Counted from the whole stretch's first letter, positions 1 to 12,564 are shown. The stretch: DNA of 63,516 bases, filler included, from Globobulimina sp. (GCA_003354225.1; 43 parts of 43 records of this genome joined end to end with filler, not necessarily neighbours in it), one strand, 5' to 3'. Notes: generated from the sequence alone by a model not told the origin. Made by a program: numbers and translations.

Positions 1-10
1 CAATATCAAA

Positions 11-1196
11 ATGAATGACAGCATCTCTGAGGTCTTAGAAAATGTTGGATTCTTAACTCCAACCAAAATTACATCCACTTTACAAGGTATACCTAAAAAT
101 AAGATTCGTCCCTTCCAAATTTAACCGCTCCGCAAACCCAAATTAACACCAACACCAGGAACGATTTGGAGAGCAACCGAAAACTCTGAAGAATCTCTGC
201 AATATAAGCAATCCGTTGTGATCAAGTCGACAAAGCAGTACTTACACAAAAACTCAATGTCATCGCACAACGGCGAGACCAATTATGTTCAGGAAGATAT
301 TTTATTGGAACAGACCATCCTAAAATTCCTAACGCAGCAACCAAAATGCCCCAAATCCATAGTGAAATTCCACGATTTTTTCCAAACGTTGAGTGCGTAT
401 TTTTTGTTGCTAAAAACATATAACATTTTATTGTATTATCCGTACAGAACCAACGATTATTTTCTAGTGATGCAAGACGGTGGGAGCGCATTGTTCAGTT
501 TTATCAAAAAAGCGCATAATTTGATTAAGAACGGCCGCATTGAGGTCAATCATTGGAGAGAAGTCACAAAAGTGATATTCAAGCAAATGGTGGAATGCGT
601 GGCGTTTATCCACAGCAAAAACGTCTGTCATTTTGATATCAGTTTGGAAAATTTCCTAATTAACGACGTGAGCGTAGAAATTCGCAAAAGCAAAAAAACG
701 AGAAAGGAGACGGTACGTTTTGTGATCAAAGACATTCAAATCAAGCTCTGTGATTTTGGTATGCTTTTTATATGGAATTTTTTCTATTTTTGTGTTGAAA
801 TTAAACGTACAAAAAAAATGCTGTCCGTCAGGATTGGCTCAGTTATTTACAAAATCGGTGTGTAAAAGCTGCAAATTTTGTGGTAAGGAAAGTTATGCCT
901 CGCCGGAGGTGATAGTGAATAAAAGGAACTTCGATGGCAAAGCAAATGATGTGTGGTGTTTAGGTGTGACACTTTTCATGGTGGCGACGGGAAAAAGTCC
1001 CTTCAATGTCGCGAGCGAAACGGACAAACCTTTTCTATACATTATGGAATACGGCAAATTATTGGATTTGTTGATCGCGTGGGATATCTTAAAATTTATC
1101 GACGAGGATTTGTTCGATTTGATTAGCTCAATATTTCAGTATGAACAGAACCGCATAAATATACAGCGGGTTCAACAACATTCGTATATTAATTAA
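11..1196 (+). CDS. Ser/Thr protein kinase (CAMK-like), 4 exons
   Basis: VVIK, HFDISLEN catalytic loop, DFG split by an intron, YASPE, DVWCLG. GT-AG introns at ~87-158, ~388-447 and ~759-831 join ORFs 218..865 and 750..1196. Confidence 0.9.
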
Positions 1197-1381
1197 GGCG
1201 ATAATTATAAATATATACTTTATATATATTATCCAGTAGCTATAGCAAACTAATATATTCATAATATTTTCTTTTTTGATATATTCGATTGTCAGTGTGA
1301 CAGTGTCTTATTATAGGCTTTATATTTTATATTCTTTTTCTTTTTGCTTTCTTTTTTTTCTTTTTCCTTTTTTTTAATTGT

Positions 1382-1481
1382 NNNNNNNNNNNNNNNNNNN
1401 NNNNNNNNNNNNNNNNNNNNNNNNNTTAATTAATTAANNNNNNNNNNNNNNNNNNNNNNNNNNNNNNNNNNNNNNNNNNNN
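1382..1481. other. Artificial contig linker (representative of ~42 identical linkers)
   Basis: N-run + TTAATTAATTAA (stops in all frames) + N-run, 100 bp, recurring every ~1,480 bp. Confidence 0.99.
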
Positions 1482-2428
1482 GCTAGAGCAAACAAACCAA
1501 CGGTAACCTTCATGTAAAGGGATGCCAAGCTGCCACCATGATGAAGGGTTTCACCTGCTTTTTGAAAAAGGACCTGCCGCAGAGCCCCTCGCACCACCTC
1601 CATCGGGCTGAACAGCATACGCGTCACTAACAAATAGGAACCAGCGATCGTAATTTCGAAATAATATGTCAGCAGCAAAACGGGTAGGCCCGACGATAAA
1701 GCATTAATGACGTTTTGAGATGCGGAATACATGGGGAAATCCCGATAGTATTTTGCCAAATGCCACATGCGAGCCCAACTGATATGCAGCCACTTATCTC
1801 TAACTGCACGAATTACCACCTGCACTAAATTCAGGCTGGCCAGTAGATTACCCAGGATTACAGCACAGATAAGAACAGCTGGTCCTCCTATCGAATAGCC
1901 AAGCAATAGCTTTATGCCATTAGTCGATAAACTTCGAACGACTTGAGAAGTTGAAGTGCTTTTAAACTCCTTGACACGTACACACCATGCCTGACATGCT
2001 TGGTTGAGGCCACCGACAAGAATAGCCACAACCAGCAGTGATAGCATCCAGGTATTTGGGGCTTTTATGAGATCCTGAAGTAAATCAGGCGCCAGAAGGC
2101 AAGCGGCCAAACAGCAAGCAGTTATTAAAGCAGTTGATGTACATGAAAGTGCGAAAAGGTTAATAGCCTCCTCTTTTTCTTTGGGCAGCATGATAGCCTG
2201 GGAATAATCCAGAGTTACCCCAGCGGCAATTACGGTAAAAACTGCGTAAAATGAGCCGAACACACCAAAATCGGAAGGGGAAAAAAGGCGACTGACGATT
2301 GGAGCAACGGCAAAACCAATGATCTGGGCTACGGCCGTACCTGACATCACGACAAGAACATTCTTGGCGAAGGAAGATTTCATCAACAAAGTTAGAGTAT
2401 GCTTTAAATTTAAATTAGATGTCATCAT
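1482..2428 (-). CDS. Bacterial polysaccharide/O-antigen flippase (Wzx, MOP superfamily), 3' truncated
   Basis: N-terminus KNVLVVMSGTAVAQIIGFAVAPIVSRLFSPSDFG, many TM segments, YRDFPMYS motif; intronless, higher GC. Confidence 0.88.
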
Positions 2429-2429
2429 A

Positions 2430-2735
2430 ACGAATTTTTACGGGGCATATCTGAGGTAACCCAGTAAAGGGCCAATCAAGAGAAAAAATGTTTTGAGTTA
2501 GCTTTTCATATTTTGGGATATCAAAATAGTAATCTGCAATACTGTCGCCACTCATCCCAACTCCAAAACACATAAGATTTTTCAGAAAACCTTTTTCCGA
2601 AAACCTTTTTGTTATGAGTTGAGGAATTTTTTCGTGATCATTTACTTGATATGCTTCAACATATGAATCACCCCATATAGCAATTTTTTTCCTATCATCT
2701 TTTGTAATATCTACAATTTCATTAATGCCAAAAGA
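2430..2735 (-). pseudogene. Fragment of SGNH/GDSL-hydrolase-like bacterial protein
   Basis: Manual translation KKIAIWGDSYVEAYQV...FGVGMSGDS (blocks I and II); no intact start, truncated before the flippase. Confidence 0.55.
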
Positions 2736-3059
2736 GAAACAACAGGGTCACATCTTAACGGGTTGTTGCTCAAAGCATAGATCAAATCCGATCTTTGGAA
2801 GTCATTTCTTTGATCTAAACCATGCAATGAGGTCTAATATCAAAATTTGATAAAATTAGTGTNNNNNNNNNNNNNNNNNNNNNNNNNNNNNNNNNNNNNN
2901 NNNNNNTTAATTAATTAANNNNNNNNNNNNNNNNNNNNNNNNNNNNNNNNNNNNNNNNNNNNATTAATAGAAAATTTAATAAATGACTTTAACGAAATTA
3001 AAATAAAAAATCAATGTAAAACAGACAAATTCCATCACCAAACTACAACACTAACATCA

Positions 3060-4343
3060 ATGAATCGTATCAATGATAATATGAATGATAATAAATGCCC
3101 GCAAAGATTAAGTAAATCGTTTTTTAAGCCACAAACTCCAAATAATGTAATAAAAGCTGTGCGTGTATCTCAACATGAAAATGAAAATGAAATTGTAAGC
3201 AATTTTGTGAAATTATTTCAACGTTGTCGGCATGGACCAGGAATGAAATTATTTTATTTATTTGATAAAGATAAAAAGGGACATTTGAACTGCAATGATG
3301 TAGACATAATATTACATGATATCGGATATCAATCATTAAACAAACAAAATAAAGAAAATGTATATAACAAATTGGAGTCATTATGTTCCAATAAAAGTAT
3401 AACATTTATGGATTTACGGAAAATCGATTTACATAATTTAATGCCAAATAATTTAGGAAATGCAACATTTAGAACCAATCAAGAAACGAATAAAATGAAG
3501 ACACATTTAAATGAGAAAGTATATCGTGATGGAAAATTATTTTTTTGTAAGTCAGACCGAGAGAGAGCACAAACAATTGTCGACAAATTAATTTATAGAT
3601 ATAGCAATTTAGAAAAACCTTTATCAAAATTGAAATGTTGGGATATTAATAAAGATGGAAGAATTGAAAAGTATGAAGTGAAAAATATGTTAAATAAAAT
3701 GAATATACAGTTAACTGAGACTGAACTTACTGAGTTTTTTCAAATATTTCATCAAAAGGAGCTTAAAAGTAAAAATAAGGCGGTCGCCCAATTAGAGAAT
3801 GATATCGATACCATATCATATCCAATATTTCTACAAACAATAATGAAACACGATTTTGATATTGCTCCGAATAAACGAGACAGTAAATTATTAACTACGC
3901 CACCAAAAAAAAAGAAAAAATTACCAAACATTGCCGATATTGATAAAGAATCATTAGTTATTCTACAAAGATTAAGAGACAGCGCAGAGAGTAGATTTGA
4001 TTCTAAGCATTTAACAACAAATGTTTTTCGCTATTTAGATACAAATAGCGATTCACTTATAAATCATGATGAATTACGGGAAAAATTAAAATATATTGAC
4101 ACAAAAATGACACACAATGAAGCTGATAAAATAATAAAATTAATGGATCCAACAAATGAGTGAAGAATTAACTTTTCCCAATTTGGCCAAATATTTAACC
4201 GTTCAATGCAAAAACATGTACAATTTCAATTGTTATCACACCCAAAATTGAAAAAAACCGCAAATTTAACAGTGTTTGATATTGATCCAAAATCAACGTA
4301 TTTCGCATCAGACAAAGAAAGATTTGATCGCAGTCCCTTTGTC
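3060..4343 (+). CDS. Multi-EF-hand calcium-binding protein with an in-frame TGA at 4161-4163
   Basis: EF loops DKDKKGHLNCND, DINKDGRIEKYE, DTNSDSLINHDE, DPTNE*RINFSQ. ORF 4206.. is in the same frame. Confidence 0.8.
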
Positions 4344-4445
4344 NNNNNNNNNNNNNNNNNNNNNNNNNNNNNNNNNNNNNNNNNNNNTTAATTAATTAAN
4401 NNNNNNNNNNNNNNNNNNNNNNNNNNNNNNNNNNNNNNNNNNNAT

Positions 4446-5822
4446 ACGGACCCAGAAAATTGGATTTGTCGAAAGAATTATGCGGTGTCGTTGGAGATTC
4501 GGGGCCGATACAAGGAAGCGGCCAAATATTTTCGTCAAGCTTTGAATATAAATCCAAACGACAGGGAAACCAATCAGCGGTATCAGAAGTTGTTGGATCG
4601 GATTCCCAAATTAAAGCAATATGAGAAGCAACTACAACAACAACAACAACAGAAATGTGTGATAAAGCAAACAGCACAAAAACCGAAACCGACTGAAAAG
4701 CCGACGCAAAATCAGCCGCAAGGCAGTAATAAAAAAACGAGACGGCGAGGGAGGAAGAAAAGGAATAATAACAATAATGTGCGGGATCGGATGGGTGATG
4801 AGGAAGAATACAAGAAAGCGTTGGTTTTACTGCAACAAAATGATAATAAATCGGCCATTAATATATTAAAAACGTTGGTGGCGTCGCAACGGAATAGTTT
4901 TAAATTTGGATTGCAATATGCGCGGTGTTTGAGGAATGAGGGTTTATTTCGCGAAGCAATCAAAGAATACAAACGGATATTACATAATAATAAGCACAGT
5001 GATAAGACCGATCGTGGTCAGGCATTGTATGAATTGGGTAAAATCTATGAGAATGAAATGAGTGATTTGCAATTATCGGCAGAATGTTATCGAGAAGCAT
5101 TTGAGTTAAATTGCAGAAACAATTTGTACCGGCAAGCATGTCAAAATTGTGTGAAAAATGTGCAATTATTGGAATTTGGCCGCAATTTCAGCTCGGAGCA
5201 ACGCAAAAAAATGACATTAACGTTTGAATCGGCAAATGAATATATAAAATGTAAGAATTATAACGAAGCGAAGCGATTATTGGAAGACATATTGTTGATT
5301 AATCCCGATTATTTTCTGTATAATGCCAAATATGCACTGGTTTTACACCGATTGAAGCTGTACAAATTGGCAGAGAAATATTTTCAAAAAGCCATTGCCA
5401 CGGATCCAACCAATAGTATTTCGCGCGGTGTCTATGGCGGAATGCTGTTCCAATTAAAAAGATACGACGAAGCGGAGCAAGAATTAAAAGTGTGTTTAGC
5501 CATCAATCCAAATAATTGGATATGTCACCAGGACTATGCCCGATTGTTAGAGTACAAAAATGATTTAAAATCTGCAGCATTTCATTCCAAAAAAGCATTT
5601 GAAATAAATCCATCCGATCATGAATCATATCAACGATACCAATATTTATTGAAAAAAATTGAAAAAGAAAGACCAGCTCAAATAAATAGGAACGATAATG
5701 ATAATAACACACAAATTGTAAGACTACGAGCATCCGAACACAAACAACCAACGTATACAAGCAAAGTGGTTGGCGGTGCCGGTGATAATATATCCGTCCT
5801 ATCGTCCGATTCAATGAATAAT
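4446..5822 (+). CDS. Tetratricopeptide-repeat protein, partial
   Basis: Repeated A..YF..A...NP motifs, poly-Q/N linkers. Confidence 0.88.
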
Positions 5823-6062
5823 GGNNNNNNNNNNNNNNNNNNNNNNNNNNNNNNNNNNNNNNNNNNNNTTAATTAATTAANNNNNNNNNNNNNNNNNNNN
5901 NNNNNNNNNNNNNNNNNNNNNNNNATAGATTCATCACAAACACAACAAAACAACACAAAGCAACAAAAACATTCGAATAAATACGAGATGGTCGAAGGTA
6001 ATTACAATTGAAGCACGTACAGCAAAATCCAAATTAATTTCTAAAGTAAATTGTATGCGCAA

Positions 6063-7305
6063 TTACATCAATCCTCCGCGAGACAAATTGCTTCGAATTA
6101 TAATATTTTGCACGTCCCAGAATACTTTCTGCACATTGTCCCCGTCCGTAGCTGTCGTGACGTGCACAAATATCCTCCTGCTCCCTCTCTCAATATTCAC
6201 ACTGATGTACTGTTCCGTGATAAAATTCAAATAATCAAAATAAATATAATTAAACCACTCCTCTCCACTCACCGCCTTATACAGCCCATTGGCATAACTC
6301 TCCTTATTCCGCATTCTCAACGATGCTTTGGGATAAATAGCGCACCGTTTCTTATACTCCTCCGCCGATACTCGCAACTCACTATGTATGGCAGGCACGT
6401 CCTGCGACTGCGAGAAGGATAAACTGTCATTATGCACCCTTTCAAGCTTATAATTGGCTTTGTTGGTCGCCACAGAAGCAGCAACATTCGAATATATTTT
6501 AGCTTTTTCCTTTTTGTTTTTCGGATAATACGCTGTGTCGTCCACATACTCCTTCTTCCAAATCGCGCCGTTCTTCTCCGCAAAACAGGCACTCAGCGCA
6601 ATGTCGTTGATTATGCATTCCCTGAACAAATCGTCTTTGTTGAGAAACAAAATCATCTCCGTTTTCTTAAACCATTTACTGTTACAAATCTCAGCAAAGA
6701 GCTCCACACTTTCGATCATTGCATTCTTGCTTTCATCCTCAAACAGCACCGCAGCGTAATGGTTCAATGCAGCAACAAAAATGACGGCAGTCACTGCTTC
6801 AAACGAATGGATCCATTTTCTGCGTTCGTTGCGCTGCCCGCCGACGTCTGTGATGGTGAAGGAATAATCTTTCGTTTCATACCAATCGTGCACCAAACCG
6901 GTAGTACGGATGCGGCACTTTAAAATGTCTGCGTTGTTTGGCTGGAAACCCCAAGAAAAAATATCTGATAATTTGTTGAAAAAATCATTCATATTATCCG
7001 GGAATGAAAATTGATAAATGCGCCGTTTGCTGAAAGTGCATTGGATTTGCGATAAATTCCAAATTTTTTTAATGTCACTGCCTAACTCATACAATTTATC
7101 TGTGGTTTTTTGGATTTTGTTCTCCAGGAAGTCGTCGATCGTGTCGTCGTTGTCATTTTTAGTGGCGTATATTTTAACTTGTGCGTCGTTTTCAAAACCG
7201 TCAAATGTTTCTTTTGCAAAGGATACTATGTTTTGTATGGTTAATATGAGCTCTTTTTGAGTGTTGTGTGTTGTTTCTAAGTCAATGAAACAATCTGCGT
7301 TTTCN
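6063..7305 (-). CDS. Heterotrimeric G-protein alpha subunit, 5' truncated
   Basis: RIRTTG, DVGGQRNERRKW, FLNKDD, TTATD motifs. Confidence 0.93.
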
Positions 7306-7479
7306 NNNNNNNNNNNNNNNNNNNNNNNNNNNNNNNNNNNNNNNNNNNTTAATTAATTAANNNNNNNNNNNNNNNNNNNNNNNNNNNNNNNNNNNNNNNN
7401 NNNNGACGTATACAAATGGAAAGTAATGATCTGCCTTCTCAGCTGCCGCGAAAATATGACAGAATTGTTTAAATACTTA

Positions 7480-7692
7480 CTTTCCCTGTAGATTGGTTCA
7501 GAGGGTTCAGTTTTGAGATTTTCAGATTTTTAAAAGTACTCTCAACAGTAACCGTCTCAAATAAAATCCACCCTTATGCATACTCATACAAACTCATACA
7601 AACGTCAAATTGTACGCGTTTAAAATAAAAAAAATCCAAACCATTATACAAAATCTCAAAACCAATCCTTCCAAACCAATCTACAGGGAAAG
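7480..7692. mobile_element. Putative Tc1/mariner-type MITE with TA flanks
   Basis: TA-CTTTCCCTGTAGATTGGTT (7478-7498) and AACCAATCTACAGGGAAAG-TA (7674-7694) are perfect inverted repeats, extending imperfectly to ~45 bp; non-coding interior. Confidence 0.7.
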
Positions 7693-7833
7693 TATATTCA
7701 ACAAATACATAATATAATATTGGATTTCTAGATTTTTTATCATTATGAACGCCTTGTTACTATGTTCCATTAGCCCTATGTTCAAATATGAATCCCAAAA
7801 TATGCGGTTTTTCACAACTGTGCACTATTAATT

Positions 7834-8784
7834 TCAGAATAAAGTATATCCAAAAAGAAATGTGCAAAGCAATACCAACACCATGGCAACAAACACACAA
7901 ACTGTAAAGTATTCACATAAATAAACAACAATATCTCTTTTCATTTTTGCCGTATTATTTCTGTGTGGAAAATAGCTGCCATTGTTCTCCTTTGCTCTTT
8001 GTTCAAGTTCTTTCTCTGTCAATTCAAATTGCAGAAAATCCATCAATTCCAAAAACATTTTATTTTTATCCTTTCGATCCCAATCAATGATCATAAATCG
8101 TTGCATTTGCTTTGTATTCTTGAAATATTCTTTAATTTCTTGGTTTCTTGCATTAAATCCATTGATTGCAAATTCTTTGTCAAAGTCCAATGTTTTAATA
8201 ACATTTGGACCAAAAGTATTAATTAATCCATATCTGAACACCGCTAAATATCTCGATGCGAATGGGATGAAATATCGTAATCGTCGACCAACAAACAATA
8301 AGACCGGCTGCGATATTGTTTTACCTGTTTTTTGCATATAATTTGTAGAATGTTTTTGTTTTTTATGTATATATAAAGTACTCAACAGATTGCATTGTAA
8401 TAGCTTTTATACCATTTATCTGCATCGCGTATTGTTAATAAAACCTTCATTGCCGGATAATATTCGACTAATTCTTTCCAAAATAATATTGACGGCTCAT
8501 CGCTGGTTACATGGAAGGGGCCATGTTTTATAAATAATTCATCCCACTCAACTTTGCCTTTTTTTGCTAACACGTTTTCCCAAAAAGCAATATCTCGTTT
8601 ACGATACCACCATAATGTCCATCCATGATATTTTCTGCCATAACCAATTTCTTCTAATAACGATGTTAATGTTACTGTTCCTGTTCGGCGCCACCCAATC
8701 AGAAACACCTTTCATTGATCGTGGAGTGTGGCTTGAGATACTCTTCGTTTTAACACTGGTATACCAGCCTTTTGTTCTGCCATT
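7834..8784 (-). CDS. P-loop sulfotransferase-family protein with C-terminal TM helix, 2 exons
   Basis: IGWRRTGT PAPS loop, DEP, KVLLTIRDADKWYKS, FPHRN; intron 8325-8386. Confidence 0.85.
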
Positions 8785-8884
8785 NNNNNNNNNNNNNNNN
8801 NNNNNNNNNNNNNNNNNNNNNNNNNNNNTTAATTAATTAANNNNNNNNNNNNNNNNNNNNNNNNNNNNNNNNNNNNNNNNNNNN

Positions 8885-9120
8885 AATTGAGCTAGGTGTC
8901 CATTTTTCTTATTTGTAGCATTTTCCATTTTTGAAAAAGTAAATCTGGAGAGGCGATTTTTAGATTGCTTTAAATCGGTTTCATATGAATTTAATACTAA
9001 ATTGGGTTAAATTCATTAATGTGAAACCGATTCAAAGTTGACAGACTAAAGCGTAAGTGCCATGTATTTAACTTTAAGAGTTATAGCTCACAGAAAAAAG
9101 TTAGTTAGCACTAGTCTAAT
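8885..9120 (-). repeat. Dispersed repeat, copy 1 (ends in the 5' part of a tRNA-like sequence)
   Basis: Reverse complement closely matches 42526-42770; a diverged copy lies at ~52740-52877. Confidence 0.85.
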
Positions 9121-9305
9121 GTACTTTGCTTCTGTACCCATCATTCAATTAAATGGAAGATTTTTACTTTTATTACACTAAAATAACCTGCACTTGCTAG
9201 GCCTATATATTGTCACCGCTATGTATATCCAATAAAGCAGATGTTTATATATCAAATGAAAATAACACATTCATAAAATGAAATGTATAAAGGCATATTG
9301 TGTGT

Positions 9306-9369
9306 GGGGTACTGGCGCAATCGGAAGCGCGTAACGTTAAGGCACCGGGATCGAAACCCGGGTACTCCA
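9306..9369 (+). pseudogene. tRNA-Ala copy lacking the anticodon loop
   Basis: Identical to the minus-strand tRNA-Ala except for a 9-nt deletion between the two AACGTT repeats; T-run downstream. Confidence 0.85.
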
Positions 9370-9445
9370 CTTTATATATAACCTTTTTTTTGCAATTTGC
9401 ATATAAAATGATGTAATAAATAATTAAAAAAAAAAGGATAAGAAG

Positions 9446-9518
9446 TGGAGTACCCGGGTTTCGATCCCGGTGCCTTAACGTTGCGAACGTTACGCGCTTC
9501 CGATTGCGCCAGTACCCC
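9446..9518 (-). tRNA. tRNA-Ala(CGC)
   Basis: GGGGTAC TG GCGC AATCGGAA GCGC G TAACG TT CGC AA CGTTA AGGCA CCGGG ATCGAAA CCCGG GTACTCC A; G3:U70 Ala identity pair; Pol III terminator T-run (A-run at ~9426-9435). Confidence 0.93.
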
Positions 9519-9689
9519 CACACAATATTCCTTTATATATTTCATGTTACGAATGGATTATTTGTATTTGATATATATAAACATCTGCTTTATACATTCA
9601 TGCAATTATGGGATATACATAGAAGTGTACTTGCCATTTGTGTGACTTTTCCGATACTAAAAGTAAAAATCTTTCATTTGTTAAATTGA

Positions 9690-10264
9690 ATGATGGGTAC
9701 AGAAGCAAAGTACGTTGTGAGGGTTATTTGTACCTTTATTACATTTATTTCAAATACATATTTGCTCATTTTTATTCTATCAAAATTAAAAAATGGAACA
9801 AAGAAAATAAATAATATATTTTTATTGTGTTTAATTTATATTATAGCAGCAACAATTGCTACATTATACAATTTTTTCTATCGATTCTTTATTCCACGAT
9901 CTGAGTGTCGCATTTCTGATATTTTTGAAGAATCATTTCTATCATTTGTAAGATCCATATTGTTGTTATTTTACACTGTTATGATATATGAAATATTTGA
10001 AAAACCAGATCATAAATTAATCCGTATGAGCGCTATGAATATAATCTCGGTACGATATTGGAAAGAAATGTTTTTTGCTGCTAAATATCTATTTTTTTGA
10101 TTATTTTTATAATGACCATTCATATGATAGTATTACCAGCAGTTTATATGTTACATATGACAACAAATCCAATTACAACACCATTTGGAGTTTATTGCCA
10201 AAATACATGGTCGACTGAGGATGTTTGCTCTGTTATTTTATATCATGTGGTTGATTTTGCAATT
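9690..10264 (+). CDS. Multi-pass membrane protein (GPCR-like), partial, probable intron near 10050-10100
   Basis: Several hydrophobic helices with spaced Cys; continues in ORF 10097... Confidence 0.5.
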
Positions 10265-10364
10265 NNNNNNNNNNNNNNNNNNNNNNNNNNNNNNNNNNNN
10301 NNNNNNNNTTAATTAATTAANNNNNNNNNNNNNNNNNNNNNNNNNNNNNNNNNNNNNNNNNNNN

Positions 10365-10537
10365 TCACAATCATTATGATCACAGTCTAATTCCACCGCT
10401 TCTCGACAAACAGCACCGCAGTATGCACACAACACATTTAATATACTCTTTTCATCTGCAAATAATTCAACTCTCCAACCTCGGCCTTCAACCTGCAATA
10501 ATGCCTCCAACTCGTTCTCATTCTCTTTCTTATCCAT
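10365..10537 (-). CDS. N-terminus of TRAF-type RING-like zinc-finger protein
   Basis: LCAYCGAVCREAVELDCDH. Confidence 0.6.
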
Positions 10538-10578
10538 ATTCTCTCAATTAAAACGAAGTAATTATCACTTTGCCAGAG

Positions 10579-11744
10579 TTAAGAAGTTTCCGCAACTGTC
10601 GTGATTTGGATTGTACAAAAATGATCGAAAAAACCTACTTTAATTTTTCAAAAAGGCACACTTTGAATTTCATCATTACTTATTTCGGATTTCGCAGTTA
10701 ATAATTTTTTAATTATAACAGAAAACTCTTTGGCTCTCATGTCTGTCCAAACAAATCTATCTTGTAAATACTCGATAATACTTGAATCACCATCTGAATA
10801 TTCATCATAATCATCGATATCATCTAAAATGCCTTGGAAATTTAAATTCATTGTTTGTGAATGTTGCCGGAATTTGACAATGATTTCGTTTGCATTCACA
10901 TAAATACGACTTATTCGCTTCTCTAAAAATTGCCATATATAATCCTCGGATTTTTGTGCAAAGTCCTCACGAAGCACAGATTTATGCTCTCTTTCAATAT
11001 CATTTATTTTGTCTGCAATAATTAGTTTTATTGTTTGGATGAATTCTTTTTGTTCTTCATCGTTCCAATCAAATATACTTTCCATATAATCCATAATACG
11101 CGAATTAGGAACAATATCATCATAATCATCCAAATCATCTAAAATCGCTTGAAAATCTGTACTTAACTTCAAGTTTTTTTTTTAAATGTTGCATGTTTGA
11201 AAATGTAAACAAACATAAAATATAACATAACTGCAGATTCTTTACAATATTGTTGGAAATGATTAAATATATTTTCTTGATATTTTTTGCTTAACTTTTT
11301 TTCAATCAATTTCCAGATCCTCTCATTTAGCCAAGAATTACTCGCAAAATCCTTTCGTAAATGAGTGGTGTGTACAAGTCGTTTAAATGGTGTCTGCAAA
11401 TCGTGTGTATTTATTCTAACATCTTGTACCTGGCACGGCGGCTTATCCACTTCATGCAATTTATCCACCTCTGTTGGTAATAACATATCTTTATTCGCTT
11501 CTAATAACTGCATCATTCGCGTTTGGATAAATCTGGCAAATTCGCGAATCGGTTTGGATGGATAATTGATATTCCATTTAATATGACTCGCCATCAACCG
11601 ATATTCATTACTAATAGCAACATGTCGCGCAGCTAACGCAGCATTGCCGTACGTATACCCAACTGCTGTGATTACCGACGTTGCCGCGGTCAATAATCCA
11701 ACAGTAACATGACACCAATCCGTAGGCATTAAAATGTCTTTGCC
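10579..11744 (-). CDS. Protein with SLATT-like TM region followed by two acidic repeats, spliced, 5' truncated
   Basis: VGLLTAATSVITAV...AARHVAISNEYRLMASHI. A GT-AG intron (~11168-11231) joins to repeats FQAILDDLDDYD / FQGILDDIDDYD. A further probable intron gives a stop near 10579. Confidence 0.55.
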
Positions 11745-12051
11745 NNNNNNNNNNNNNNNNNNNNNNNNNNNNNNNNNNNNNNNNNNNNTTAATTAATTAA
11801 NNNNNNNNNNNNNNNNNNNNNNNNNNNNNNNNNNNNNNNNNNNNAATGGCCTTCAAGAATTTTTACAATTACTGGCCTACGATACCAACATGGGAACCTT
11901 GCTTTTGCCATCGAAGCGATTCAGAGATTACATCAGCAGATGCAGGATGATGATAATAAATCCTATAAATAAGGAAGAGCCATCGAATTGACTTCATTGT
12001 CTGATTTCTTCTTGCTGAAAACCACTACGTCGTCTTCTTCCACTTTCCACT

Positions 12052-12564
12052 ATGGCTCAAACTTCCGTAAGTAGAAGTAATTCATTCATTACATTGTCCC
12101 AAAATATTGTATTGCAGGTTGATATACATTTCAATGTTCAATCCTTAGCTCTTGTTGACTCAAACTTGGACACTAATGTCAGAAGGGCTATCATACGCCA
12201 TGCAGATGATCTATATTTGAAGCATATTCAAAAACTTTGTGAACTGTCTAACGAAAACTTTGGTGGACAGGACATGCTGAAGGTTGTGGAATTTGAAATG
12301 TCGAAAGAGAACCCAAGTCCACCTCTAGACACGTTTCGACAAGTGCTTTTGACCAACAACCGTTTTCATACCATACTGCCAAGAATCCTGTACGATTCTA
12401 TCAAGACAGGTTTAAATGAACCCAGCAAGAAAAAAAGGCGAACCAGAGGCATTACAAAACCCAAAATACACAAATGTCCAGCATGTGAACGCATGTTTGG
12501 CACTTCATGGAATATGAAACGACACATCGCTGTCATTCATTCAAAAACTGAAGCAAAAGAATGA
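12052..12564 (+). CDS. Intronless protein with C-terminal C2H2 zinc finger and basic NLS
   Basis: HKCPACERMFGTSWNMKRHIAVIH; PSKKKRR; TATAAATA at ~11964. Confidence 0.75.
   Translation: MAQTSVSRSNSFITLSQNIVLQVDIHFNVQSLALVDSNLDTNVRRAIIRHADDLYLKHIQKLCELSNENFGGQDMLKVVEFEMSKENPSPPLDTFRQVLLTNNRFHTILPRILYDSIKTGLNEPSKKKRRTRGITKPKIHKCPACERMFGTSWNMKRHIAVIHSKTEAKE

Noticed and set aside
6051-6923. Antisense ORFs over G-alpha (and similar shadows over AHCY, CHD and the second G-alpha)
   Set aside because: No motifs; explained by the coding strand opposite.
9245-9645. ORFs 9245..9523 and 9445..9645 with duplicated peptide
   Set aside because: They are translations of the inverted tRNA copies.
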